Below are positions 9,873-18,060 of a DNA stretch of 64,000 nucleotides, one piece after another. Both the position numbers and the translations under genes were made by a program. The DNA lies in contig JBAZQX010000004.1 of the NCBI GenBank assembly GCA_041644975.1, positions 9,189 through 73,188 of the forward strand, given 5' to 3'. The DNA is from Candidatus Doudnabacteria bacterium. GTDB lineage: Bacteria > Patescibacteriota > JAQUNI01. The notes below the pieces were generated by a model. It did not search any database. It saw nothing but the letters and a program-made list of their open reading frames with translations, and was not told the DNA's origin. How positions within the stretch are numbered: position 1 is the first letter of the stretch; every line of letters starts with the position of its first letter.

Positions 9873-9901
9873 AAAAAGCTCCCATTTCTGGGAGTTTTTT
9901 T
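9873..9901. terminator. Bidirectional intrinsic terminator
   Basis: AAAAAGCTCCCA-TTTC-TGGGAGTTTTTTT. Confidence 0.75.
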
Positions 9902-9902
9902 G

Positions 9903-10089
9903 TTGGAATAGCAAGCTACTTAAAAGGAAAACAAGATTTCGTCGCTTGTTTCGCCCTTTGTTCGCTCCCTCAAACGAGGCTCTTGGTATGTCCGTAAACC
10001 AATGTTGCTTTTAACCGCACAAGGCGGACTTATTGCACAACACCGTTTTCAGCCAAAAGACCGAAAAATACCAACTCTCACTATTCCAA
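9903..10089 (-). ncRNA. Candidate ~187-nt structured RNA
   Basis: Closing stem TTGGAATAG/CTATTCCAA, several internal hairpins, extended -10 TGATATAAT upstream and a terminator downstream. Confidence 0.5.
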
Positions 10090-10099
10090 TCAAATTATA

Positions 10100-10222
10100 T
10101 CAAATTTTTCTTATAGCTTCCAGTAACTCCTGCTGGCGTTTTTGAAGCGAGGCGTCAAAGATAATACGGTATTCAAAGTTCTTATTTGCTTGCTGGAACT
10201 CCTTAAAGCCGATTTCTTTTGC
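10100..10222 (-). pseudogene. 40-codon C-terminal gene remnant (AKEIGFKEFQQANKNFEYRIIFDASLQKRQQELLEAIRKI*), possibly from a type III restriction subunit
   Basis: Manual translation, no start codon; family guess is from recall only. Confidence 0.35.
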
Positions 10223-10244
10223 TTACCTCGCAACATAACTTTGA

Positions 10245-11705
10245 TTATTTGAACCAATTTACAATTTTTTTGAAGACCCTACCGATCTTTGCTGGAATGT
10301 CCGAAAAGGTCGATTTTATAAATGACAAAATTTTGTCATTTTTATTTATAGATACGCTACTTTCCTGACTACTGTTACTATTATCTTTATTTTCTTGTTC
10401 CGCACCCTGCTCATCCGTTGTCATTATCGTATTTTGCGAGCTTATGGCATTTTTTTCTTTCTCAACTACCACGGCTTTATCAGTGATTTCCAAACAACTA
10501 TTTCCAACTTCTTTAAAACCTTCATTACATTGCCATACATCTGCAGGGCTATCCGTTACTGGATGTGCGTTTGAGGGTATTTTAATACATTCAGTCTTAT
10601 TCAACGAAAGCGCATATCCCGCGCTACAAGTTTTTCTTTTTTCTGGGCTGTTTTGTTCTTGCGTTATCTTGGTTTGATTATTCGTTACTGGGGGGATCGC
10701 AAAGTCTAGAGGGGGAGAACTGTCTTCCTCTTCCTTTTTTAAAGTGTAATCAGAATCAATTTTTTCTAAACTTGTAATGTCGCAGGTTTCATCGTCATCT
10801 TGCAAAACAATCTTATCCCATCTATCAACATCAAAATCAATTCCTAAATTGACTACAATTCTATCATTTAAATATCTCTTAATAGAGGATGTATAGCATC
10901 CAGAATCATAAGTGATTAGGTAATATTGGTAATTATATTCACTTTTGATAATAGCCTGCCTCTCATCTGTGTTAAGTTCTTTTAAAATAAAATAAACATT
11001 ATTTTGTTTTTCAACACATTGATTATCATCATTTAAAGTATAATTACTATCACATTCACATTTTTTATTTAAAGAATTATAAGAAGAGTGAAGACCATAT
11101 TTAGTGAAGCAAGAGACGCATTCATTGCCACCGCCTATAGTTTTTTGCCTCAGAATATAGCCGTTTCGACACTCACAGACATCAGATAATGAATTGTATG
11201 TCGAATTATACCCAAGTTTATTGTGGCAATATTCGGTTGTATCTATGCATTTTGTTTTTCCAAAAAGGTCTTCACTAAAAATATACCCATAACGACACTT
11301 ACAAGTATCAGACAAAGAATCGTATGTCGAGCCGTATCCATATTTGTCTTTGCATTGCTGTTCTGTAGAAATACATTGTGTTCTTCCTACTGCATCTTTT
11401 CCCAAAGAATATCCATATCCGCACTCACAAGAATCATTTAAAGAGTTATATTTTGAGTTAAAGCCATATTTATCTTTACACATTTGGTCTGCCGATACAC
11501 AGCTAGCATTACCAAGAATATCTTTACCAAAAACATAACCACTCATACATTTACAGCTATCTGTTAAAGAATTATATGTCGCCCATATACCGTATTGAGA
11601 ACACTCACCGTAGCTTTGAGTGATTTTAATGTGAAATAAAAACAAACCTGACAAAATAAGCAAAACAGTTATGGCATAAAATTTATGATTGAATTTGAAA
11701 TCCAC
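10245..11705 (-). CDS. Secreted cysteine-rich repeat protein
   Basis: Signal/anchor then about 5 repeats CxxKYGxxSxYNSLxDxCxCxxGY. Confidence 0.75.
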   Translation of the reverse strand: MDFKFNHKFYAITVLLILSGLFLFHIKITQSYGECSQYGIWATYNSLTDSCKCMSGYVFGKDILGNASCVSADQMCKDKYGFNSKYNSLNDSCECGYGYSLGKDAVGRTQCISTEQQCKDKYGYGSTYDSLSDTCKCRYGYIFSEDLFGKTKCIDTTEYCHNKLGYNSTYNSLSDVCECRNGYILRQKTIGGGNECVSCFTKYGLHSSYNSLNKKCECDSNYTLNDDNQCVEKQNNVYFILKELNTDERQAIIKSEYNYQYYLITYDSGCYTSSIKRYLNDRIVVNLGIDFDVDRWDKIVLQDDDETCDITSLEKIDSDYTLKKEEEDSSPPLDFAIPPVTNNQTKITQEQNSPEKRKTCSAGYALSLNKTECIKIPSNAHPVTDSPADVWQCNEGFKEVGNSCLEITDKAVVVEKEKNAISSQNTIMTTDEQGAEQENKDNSNSSQESSVSINKNDKILSFIKSTFSDIPAKIGRVFKKIVNWFK

Positions 11706-11743
11706 AAATTATATTTTAGTATTAGAAATTATTTAATTTCTAG

Positions 11744-11995
11744 CTAATAACGCAACTTATAACTTTTATAGGGGCTTGTATATCCTTTTGCGCCTGTGTA
11801 TGGGTTGTAATTTCCTTTCGTTGACCAGTTATCTAATCTGCTTCTGTTGGGGCTAGTCCTATAATATGGCTGGACATATGTGCCAGTGCTTTTTTTGTAA
11901 TAACTCCTAACTCTGATTGTGCGTGCTTCGGCAGAAAAGACAAACAAGCCAAAAACGAAAGACAGAATAATTGATAAAACAATAAGTTTTTTCAT
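11744..11995 (-). CDS. Small secreted basic protein (GTYVQPYYRT..DNWSTKGNYNPYTG family)
   Basis: Signal peptide ending AEA plus a widespread conserved motif. Confidence 0.75.
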   Translation of the reverse strand: MKKLIVLSIILSFVFGLFVFSAEARTIRVRSYYKKSTGTYVQPYYRTSPNRSRLDNWSTKGNYNPYTGAKGYTSPYKSYKLRY

Positions 11996-12011
11996 AATTT
12001 TCCCTTTTTAA

Positions 12012-12362
12012 TTATTTTATAGGATATTTTTTAAAACATTCATCTTTGATTTGTTGATAGGCTTTCTTTAAATCATCTGCTCTATTTGAAGCCAATAAAC
12101 AACTACCATCTGTGCCGATTTCCCTATTATCTACTTTGCAATATTCATTCCATTGGTCGCGAGATGTAGTTTTAGCGTCTTCTAGACAAGCCTCAAGCAT
12201 TGATTTATTTAATTCTTTATCCACTTTTTCCTCAATTCGTATTAAGTCTTCTTTATTAGGAATATATATAACATAATGATAAAAAATAGCAAAACCTATC
12301 AATAATACGGCGGCTGCTAAAGTAGCTTTGAACCAATTAATCTTTTTTATTTTTTCTTTCAT
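12012..12362 (-). CDS. Membrane-anchored hypothetical protein
   Basis: TM ending IFYHYVIYIP, four Cys; likely start MKEKIKK. Confidence 0.6.
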   Translation of the reverse strand: MKEKIKKINWFKATLAAAVLLIGFAIFYHYVIYIPNKEDLIRIEEKVDKELNKSMLEACLEDAKTTSRDQWNEYCKVDNREIGTDGSCLLASNRADDLKKAYQQIKDECFKKYPIK

Positions 12363-12366
12363 AAAT

Positions 12367-13308
12367 TTAAGGCAAAGTTTCACACACAACGCCGTCTTTA
12401 TCTCGGTCTAGTTTGTGCACATCTCCCCTGCCTTGTGTTATGCAGTAATTATAACAGGCTTGAGCCTGTTTTTGTGTTGTGAAATCAGGGCAATTATAGG
12501 TATTACTACTGCAATTGCAAACTGTTTCCGTTGTAGTAGTGGTGGGTGCAGGCGTAGTTTGAATTGTGGGGCTAGTTTGGGCTTGGTTTGCTGAATTATC
12601 AGCTACGCAAGCATCATCAGCCCATAATCCTCGCTTATTCTTCTCTGCTTCTTTTTGAGCTTCTTTAAATTCTGATTGGTATTTATAGGGTGTGGAGTAA
12701 GTATATTCGTAAGCGTAGCCTTCGGCAATCATTAGTTTATTAAAGTTTGTCCCGTCTTCTAAAAAGACATATCTCAATAATCTACCATATTTGTCTCTTT
12801 CTCCTTGGGTTGGGTCGTTTTCTAAAATTACACTTTTGCCATTCAAAACTTCCTTGGCTTTATCGGAGGCTTCTTTACCAAAACATTCAACGGGTTTGCG
12901 AGGGTCAACGGTTTCGGGGGTGTTAATACCTATAAGCCTTAGGGTCTCTTTTGTCCCGTCCATATCAACTGTTACCGTATCCCCGTCAACAACTTTAATC
13001 ACCTTGTATAATTTCTGGGCTGATTGCCCCTCTGTTGCAGAATCTACACTTGGGGAGGTCTGTTGTGGTTCTGTCTGGCTGGCTTCATTTTGAGGCTCTT
13101 GGGTTGCGGATTCAACGGCTTGGGCTAGGGGCTGGTCTTGCTTTTCCTCCTGCGGCTCATTTATTGTCTGTTCTTGATTGGCGGTATCCTCAATCTTGGT
13201 TTCGCCAGTTTCTTTAGGATGTTGGCTAGTTTGAGTAGTCTCTGCACATCCTGCCAAAACAAAAAAACCTAGTAGGAGAATTGTCCATTTAACAAATTTG
13301 ATATTCAT
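12367..13308 (-). CDS. Thermonuclease (SNase) lipoprotein with C-terminal Excalibur-like Ca-binding motif
   Basis: Lipobox LAGC; VVDGDT, RLIGINTPE, RDKYGRLLRYV, RGLW; YNCPDF..LDRDKDGVVCE. Confidence 0.9.
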   Translation of the reverse strand: MNIKFVKWTILLLGFFVLAGCAETTQTSQHPKETGETKIEDTANQEQTINEPQEEKQDQPLAQAVESATQEPQNEASQTEPQQTSPSVDSATEGQSAQKLYKVIKVVDGDTVTVDMDGTKETLRLIGINTPETVDPRKPVECFGKEASDKAKEVLNGKSVILENDPTQGERDKYGRLLRYVFLEDGTNFNKLMIAEGYAYEYTYSTPYKYQSEFKEAQKEAEKNKRGLWADDACVADNSANQAQTSPTIQTTPAPTTTTTETVCNCSSNTYNCPDFTTQKQAQACYNYCITQGRGDVHKLDRDKDGVVCETLP

Positions 13309-13373
13309 ATTCTTTTGGAATCTACATATTTTACCCCACCCCTCATTCACTTATATTTTTAGAAACAGGATTT

Positions 13374-15269
13374 TTATTTAACTTTTTCAGGAGTTTTAAA
13401 AATAAGCATTGTTGTTCCTATTTTTTTATAGAAATAATCTTTAATCCTATTGTATTTTTTGTTTTCGGGTAATTTATCATTAAAAACATTGTTTTGATAT
13501 TCAAAAATAGAAACGACGATATATGAATCAGTCGGAATCCATCCCCATTCAATATTGTAAGGCTCATATCCCTTCCCCAGATAATATTGCAATGGAACAT
13601 TAGTAAAAATATGAGCATAAATTTTATTTATATTATTATCCTTTACCCATTCTGCTAGTCTTTTTACATCCTGACCGCCCCAGTCATAATTTGAATCCGT
13701 TGCAATTTTATAACCATTATTAGTTCCTCCGGCAAAAGCGTTGTAATAACTCAAATAATATGGAAAAAAAACTATAGTTGATACTAAAATGACAATTGCC
13801 AAAAGAAAGAATAAAGATTTTGTTTTCAGGACGCGGAACAATTTTAAGTTCCAATGTAAATCAATCCCCCTCGCCGTTAATAGTATAACGGAAATAATTA
13901 CGGGCATAATATGTCTCAATCCAATTTGTAAGTTTGAAGATAGAGTAATTACCATATATAAATACGAGAATAACAAGAGCAAAAAAGATAATGGATTTTT
14001 CAAGAATGTTGATAATCTGGTTTTAATGTCTATTTTAGAAGATATAAATTTCCAAGTTGCTAAAGCTAGAGAAACGAAAATTAAGATAAGGGCACTAATG
14101 GACAATTTCGTTAAAAATAGAATCGGAAAATATAATGCTCCGGCTCCTTCTGAACCATAAACTCTACCCATAAAATATGTTTTTTGTAAGGCAGAGGACA
14201 TTCTTCCCCCAACCATTATTACGCCCAGTATATATTCTGCTATCCCTTTTGTTAGCGGATTGCTAATTACAAAACTTGATAATATTTCTACCCCTTGAGA
14301 TGGTAGTTCTTGCGGATATGTCTGCACTATTTGGGTTATCATTTCATCATTAGTCATATTGCGAACGTGAAGAGAATAAAAAATGGCAACAATAAAGAAT
14401 ACGGAAAGAATAAACGAAGAATAACGAATTAAAAATTTACCCACTTCTTTTCTGCTCTTTTGAACGAAAATTATAAAAATTAATCCCCCTAAAAACATTG
14501 CTGGAATAATAAGGACTGAAGAAAACTTTGCTAATAGCGCCAGCGAGGTGAACAACACCGAGAATAGAAACCAAGCTAAAATTTTACCTTTTTGTGCATA
14601 GTTTTTAAGATAAATTGCAAAACATACAATAGCTATTATTTGAAGTAGGGACGACATAAAGTCCATTATAACCAGAGAACCCATTGAAATAACAAATTGA
14701 GAAGAGACCATTAAAAAAATCCCTATCAATGAGGTTCTTTTGCTCCATATTTTTGTTAAGAAAATATAAAGCAGAAAAATAAAAAATCCATTAAACACAA
14801 TAACTGCTAATCTAGACCAAAAGGCAATATTGTCAGGATCATTATTTGGATTAAACAAAAAAAGTCTCCCCCAATCCCATTGGGCATTTCCAACCTCCAG
14901 CTTTTTCGGCATTATGTAGCTTTTAAAGGGGTAATCCCATCTTGTAAATTCTGAACCGAGATTAATTTTGTCTGAAATCTCCGGAAAAGTAGGTTTAATA
15001 AGCAACAGGGGTAAGCCGGCAATATCTTTAACAATAGGAGGATGTTCAGGATTTATGAAGTATCTACCCGTTTTTAGATAATAATATCCACTTGGAATAT
15101 GTGATAATTCATCGGATGTGATTGCGTCTCCTGTATATTTTAAATTTTTCCAATGAAATCCCTCAACGGAAAAAAGGGCAATTAAAATAAAGAAGGTTGT
15201 TAAAAGTATTGCTAATATGAAATTTGTTTTATTTTTAAGAAATGATTTTGGCTCTAATTTTTTAATCAT
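13374..15269 (-). CDS. GT-C/GT39 (ArnT/PMT-like) membrane glycosyltransferase
   Basis: DELSHIPSGY..NPEHPP, multiple TMs, LAKFS, GLRH, TDSNYDWG. Confidence 0.85.
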   Translation of the reverse strand: MIKKLEPKSFLKNKTNFILAILLTTFFILIALFSVEGFHWKNLKYTGDAITSDELSHIPSGYYYLKTGRYFINPEHPPIVKDIAGLPLLLIKPTFPEISDKINLGSEFTRWDYPFKSYIMPKKLEVGNAQWDWGRLFLFNPNNDPDNIAFWSRLAVIVFNGFFIFLLYIFLTKIWSKRTSLIGIFLMVSSQFVISMGSLVIMDFMSSLLQIIAIVCFAIYLKNYAQKGKILAWFLFSVLFTSLALLAKFSSVLIIPAMFLGGLIFIIFVQKSRKEVGKFLIRYSSFILSVFFIVAIFYSLHVRNMTNDEMITQIVQTYPQELPSQGVEILSSFVISNPLTKGIAEYILGVIMVGGRMSSALQKTYFMGRVYGSEGAGALYFPILFLTKLSISALILIFVSLALATWKFISSKIDIKTRLSTFLKNPLSFLLLLFSYLYMVITLSSNLQIGLRHIMPVIISVILLTARGIDLHWNLKLFRVLKTKSLFFLLAIVILVSTIVFFPYYLSYYNAFAGGTNNGYKIATDSNYDWGGQDVKRLAEWVKDNNINKIYAHIFTNVPLQYYLGKGYEPYNIEWGWIPTDSYIVVSIFEYQNNVFNDKLPENKKYNRIKDYFYKKIGTTMLIFKTPEKVK

Positions 15270-15363
15270 AAAATTAATTTCAGTAGATAATTATTATTTT
15301 GTAAAATGCAATCTTTTCATATTTTTAAATTATTTTTCAAGCATCACTATTTAACCAGAAACA

Positions 15364-15502
15364 CGAAGCTCCCCGCCAGCGATAGCCTTGCGGCTACCCA
15401 TATCCCTTTCGAGATATGACCGACTAAGGTGCTCTGAACGAGGAGCTTGATGCCTTAGTCGGTTTTATGCCATACCTCATAGCAAAACTATCAGGGTTAG
15501 GC
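15364..15502 (-). ncRNA. Candidate pseudoknotted RNA with GNRA tetraloops
   Basis: 11-bp stem ACCGACTAAGG/CCTTAGTCGGT, GAAA- and GCAA-capped hairpins, loop AAGCTCCTCG complementary to 3' CGGGGAGCTT. Confidence 0.55.
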
Positions 15503-15520
15503 AATTTAATTTTCAAAATA

Positions 15521-15745
15521 CTATGTTATGTGCTTTCTCTCTAACAACCTCTTAATATCATCTTTTCTATAACGCCTTATCTTTTTTTCACCAATCCTGA
15601 TTGCAACCAAAATACCTTTTTTGTCCCACTGGCGCAAGGTGTTAGGATGACATTTTAAAATATCACAAGTCTCTTTGAGGGTAAGAAGTTCTGGCATATC
15701 TTGTCTGTTTTTTACTACTTTTACCATTGATTTTTTACTTAACAT
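15521..15745 (-). CDS. Excisionase/MerR-like HTH DNA-binding protein
   Basis: LLTLKETCDILKCHPNTLRQWDKKG..RRYRKDDI. Confidence 0.85.
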   Translation of the reverse strand: MLSKKSMVKVVKNRQDMPELLTLKETCDILKCHPNTLRQWDKKGILVAIRIGEKKIRRYRKDDIKRLLERKHIT

Positions 15746-15815
15746 TTGATACCATTATCATACAGCAGAAAAAAATAATCTGCAAATATTAAAATGAAAA
15801 TTACTATAAATTACT

Positions 15816-17423
15816 ATGACACCAGAAGCAAAAATTTGGCTAATTTTAAAAAATCTAAATGATGCACTTACAATTGCCCCGAGCAAAAATTTGGCACTGT
15901 TGAACGCAAAAGACTTAGAGAAGTTGATGGCTAGAGAAGAGCACGAACAAATTTTGGAAAAGTTAGTTAAGGATTACAAAGTGGTGGATATTCAGAAAAA
16001 ACCAGATTATCAAAAAAGCTTTTTTTACAAATGCAAAATTACTGACAGCGACGAGTTTAATAAAATTTTAGAAGATGCTCATATCAAATATTTTGGTAGT
16101 TTAGGAATGCTGACAGGTGATAATTTTTTATCCGTAGTTGATGTAGCGACAGACATAATGAACGAGCTCCAAATGACCAAGGGGGATGAAACAGTGATAC
16201 CGCTTTTTCCATCCATTGTCAGATTTTCTAATCTTATGCCAGCAGACAGTATTAACTTAAGAGATAGATACTGTGATTTGAGATGGAAAGCAGTAATATA
16301 TTTAAGAGATAATGAATATATTAAAAATTTTAAGCTATTGAATCAAGCTTATGGAAACTTCCACAGATGGGATTTTGAAATCAAAATATCGCTGAATAGA
16401 ATTAAATTTTATAAATTTTACGAACAATTGATAACAACATATAATAGGCGGGTAAAATTTAGAAGTGAAGAGAAAAAAATAAAAAAGGAAAATGAAGCCC
16501 TAGACTATACAGACACAGCTTCAAGAAGGGCGTGGGAGAAAAAATGGGACACATTGCAAGTAATATGGACTATTTATGAAAGCAACAACAAACCAAATCA
16601 GCTACTTGTGCCTATTAAAAGACTAACTATTAAAGATAGAATCATTCTTGAAATTGAAGGTCTATTAAACGGCTTTGAAGATGATGGCTGTTTTGATTGG
16701 TGTAGAGGAACGGAGAATTATGAGATTAAAAACATAAACCACAACCTATTTGCAGAAACTTACAAAAAAACAGGGCTTATTTATGATAAATTCGCCAAGA
16801 TTTACCGAGAAAGGGTTAGCGATAAAAATATTGAAGATAAACAACCAACACAAAAAATTGAAATTGTTGGAGGTAAAATAGAAATTGAAGGATTGCAGGA
16901 TGGATTAAAAGCAATCGCCCAGACCAAAAAAGAAGATAAAAATCAATTTCCTTATAAATTACCAGCAGGAACGAAATGGGAAAATTTTACTATTAAGTTT
17001 GAGGATGATGAAAATGTTTTTATCCAAGTAAAACAATTTAAGTATAGTGCTGACTACAGAAAGATGGGAATGGTCGGACGAGGCAAAAATCCCAATCCAA
17101 GCGAAGCGTGGACATTTCTGAAAGTTTTATCTCAAGTTAATAATGAACTGACAATAAAAGACGCCGAAGCGAGAGATAAATATAAAAAACAAAAAGAATT
17201 ATTAGCAAAAGCACTTCAAAAATACTTCTTACTTGATTATGACCCCTTCTATCCTTATCACTCATCAACAGAAAAAAGCGGCAACTCTTATAAAATTAAA
17301 ATTACCCTAATACCGCCACCAGACAAAAAAGAAAAAGCTGATACTAATAAAGACGATAACGACGATTTAGGAATAAAAGAATACTTCAATAAACAAACTC
17401 CACAAATTTATGAAGACCAGTAG
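15816..17423 (+). CDS. Hypothetical protein (535 aa) of the element
   Basis: Long ORF, no motif recognised with confidence. Confidence 0.7.
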   Translation: MTPEAKIWLILKNLNDALTIAPSKNLALLNAKDLEKLMAREEHEQILEKLVKDYKVVDIQKKPDYQKSFFYKCKITDSDEFNKILEDAHIKYFGSLGMLTGDNFLSVVDVATDIMNELQMTKGDETVIPLFPSIVRFSNLMPADSINLRDRYCDLRWKAVIYLRDNEYIKNFKLLNQAYGNFHRWDFEIKISLNRIKFYKFYEQLITTYNRRVKFRSEEKKIKKENEALDYTDTASRRAWEKKWDTLQVIWTIYESNNKPNQLLVPIKRLTIKDRIILEIEGLLNGFEDDGCFDWCRGTENYEIKNINHNLFAETYKKTGLIYDKFAKIYRERVSDKNIEDKQPTQKIEIVGGKIEIEGLQDGLKAIAQTKKEDKNQFPYKLPAGTKWENFTIKFEDDENVFIQVKQFKYSADYRKMGMVGRGKNPNPSEAWTFLKVLSQVNNELTIKDAEARDKYKKQKELLAKALQKYFLLDYDPFYPYHSSTEKSGNSYKIKITLIPPPDKKEKADTNKDDNDDLGIKEYFNKQTPQIYEDQ

Positions 17424-17460
17424 CGAAGTTAACCTTTAGCTTTTAATAAATCTCTTACAT

Positions 17461-17494
17461 AAAACTCCTCACAAAATGGGGAGTTTTTTGTTTT
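17461..17494 (+). terminator. Intrinsic terminator
   Basis: AAAACTCCTCA-CAAAA-TGGGGAGTTTTTTGTTTT. Confidence 0.7.
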
Positions 17495-17578
17495 TCTGCG
17501 ACAGAGCGTGAAATTCGCCATCTATAAGTAGAAGGTCGCAAAAAATAAAAAAATCACAATTACCCAAAATTAAATTAT

Positions 17579-17839
17579 ATGGTTAAAAAATCACAAAAAA
17601 GTCAGTCAGACGAGATGTTCGCCACTTACGATTTAGGATGTGCCGCCGCTTTGATAACGGCAGATTTTGAGTTGCTCACTTTGGATAAAGCTAATCCACG
17701 CAAAGTCCAGTTCATCTTTCGCCGAGAAGTCGGCATTGAAAAAGTCGTGGATGACTACTGGGCTGACAGATTAGAAGTTAAAGCACGGGCGTTCTTTGAT
17801 AATATCAAAATGTTAAAGAACCGCATTTACTCGGAATAA
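17579..17839 (+). CDS. Small element protein (DUF5659-like)
   Basis: TYDLGCAAAL..KVQFIF..IKMLKNRIY. Confidence 0.6.
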   Translation: MVKKSQKSQSDEMFATYDLGCAAALITADFELLTLDKANPRKVQFIFRREVGIEKVVDDYWADRLEVKARAFFDNIKMLKNRIYSE

Positions 17840-17842
17840 ATT

Positions 17843-18040
17843 ATGATAACCGATGTGCAGATTGCAAAATTCCAGACACTTTACAAAAATCGCTTTGGCA
17901 AAACAATCAGCCGAGAGGAAGCGTTTGATATGGGAGTAAAACTCATCCGATTAGTTGAGTTGATTTACAAACCGATGAAAGAAAATGAATATCAGGAATT
18001 GCAGAAACGCCGCCAAAGCCAAAAAACTGACGACATTTAA
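17843..18040 (+). CDS. Small hypothetical protein
   Basis: FQTLYKNRFGKTISREEA..LVELIYKP; operonic spacing. Confidence 0.6.
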   Translation: MITDVQIAKFQTLYKNRFGKTISREEAFDMGVKLIRLVELIYKPMKENEYQELQKRRQSQKTDDI

Positions 18041-18060
18041 TAAAATTTAACATTAAAATT

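Noticed and set aside
5598-9900. Classical integron with attC sites
   Set aside because: No IntI tyrosine recombinase in the window; the hairpins lack convincing RYYYAAC/GTTRRRY boxes and also occur elsewhere (41180).
9903-10089. Definite 6S RNA call
   Set aside because: Size fits, but I see a multibranch fold rather than a rod with a central bubble; left as unknown RNA.
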